Positions 63,562 through 64,000 of a stretch of 64,000 bases of DNA are shown one piece after another. Source of the stretch: a virus; the IMG/VR virus record IMGVR_UViG_3300049434_000028, positions 1 through 64,000 of that record; one strand, given 5' to 3'. Below the pieces are notes generated by a model. The model was given only the letters and a program-made list of their open reading frames with translations. It searched no databases and was not told the DNA's origin. Within the stretch, counting starts at the first letter, position 1; every line of letters starts with the position of its first letter. The position numbers were made by a program, and so were the translations under genes.

Positions 63562-63774
63562 TCAGCCCCTTCCGTACATCTTCAGCGTGCGCGGGGTGAG
63601 CTTGGCAAGTTCCTCGCGCGGCCGGTCGTAGTTGGCCTTGCCGCAGTCCATGCAGTACGGCTCTCCACCGTCCCGCGAGATGTGCGTGGCGGGCTTGGCG
63701 CAGTAGTCGCAGGTCATCTCCTGCGGGCCAGCGGGAGCGGCAGTACGCGAGACGCGGCGATCGTTGAACTCCAT
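63562..63774 (-). CDS. small zinc-finger protein (N-terminal FNDRR)
   Basis: CDYC...C.DC. Confidence 0.7.
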   Translation of the reverse strand: MEFNDRRVSRTAAPAGPQEMTCDYCAKPATHISRDGGEPYCMDCGKANYDRPREELAKLTPRTLKMYGRG

Positions 63775-63781
63775 ACGAGAG

Positions 63782-64000
63782 CTACCTCTTCGCCTTCTGG
63801 ATCTTGCCCCTGGCCGAGGCCTTGAGCTGCTTGATGTCGATCGCGGTGACGTTCAACGACCGGCCGACGTCGGCAGTCCCCCAGTGCATGGAGTGGTAGC
63901 CCGCCTGGCCGTACTTGACGCCGAGCGCGTGCTGGTACTGCGCCAGCGCCATGCCGGTGTCCGGTGCGGGGAGCGAGCTGCCGGTCTTGGAGTCCCAGAT
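63782..64000 (-). CDS. partial CDS (C-terminal end; possibly a cell-wall-binding region)
   Basis: Open frame from the window end to TAG 63782: IWDSKTG...AQYQHALGVK...KIQKAKR. Confidence 0.5.
   Translation of the reverse strand: MWDSKTGSSLPAPDTGMALAQYQHALGVKYGQAGYHSMHWGTADVGRSLNVTAIDIKQLKASARGKIQKAKR

Overview
This GC-rich window is most of a large contractile-tailed (myovirus-type) phage genome. The WhiB gene and base composition point to an actinobacterial host. Layout: (1) 1-12415, minus strand: recombination and replication genes (SpoVS-like protein, RuvC, UvsY-like protein, an in-frame WhiB-Cas4-like ORF, Hjc-like nuclease, RecA, family A polymerase, gp32-like SSB, HNH, MerR-like HTH). 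(2) 12700-21812, plus strand: replication initiator with internal iterons, DnaC-like loader, ThyX, DnaB, primase and SNF2 helicase. (3) 21900-27500, minus strand: small accessory genes, many with their own promoter (DUF932, Xer-like tyrosine recombinase, TIGR04338-like metalloprotein). (4) 27519-64000, minus strand: virion genes from portal, scaffold and N4-gp56-type capsid through neck, fibres, sheath, tube, chaperone, tape measure and baseplate. I saw no terminase, endolysin, tRNA or CRISPR array. The most notable unexplained signals are: short N-terminal tags shared by unrelated neighbouring proteins (M[SA]Ax[DE][NH]Lx2-3Q[FW], FNDRR, TxI[KR]RR); a CGGACCA box just upstream of about a dozen non-structural start codons, in a phage that also encodes SpoVS; an HNH gene that appears to have taken over its neighbour's first six codons and supplied a synonymously recoded copy; and a likely +1 frameshift at UUU_CGC in the tail chaperone. 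All product calls come from motif recognition by eye; no searches were run.
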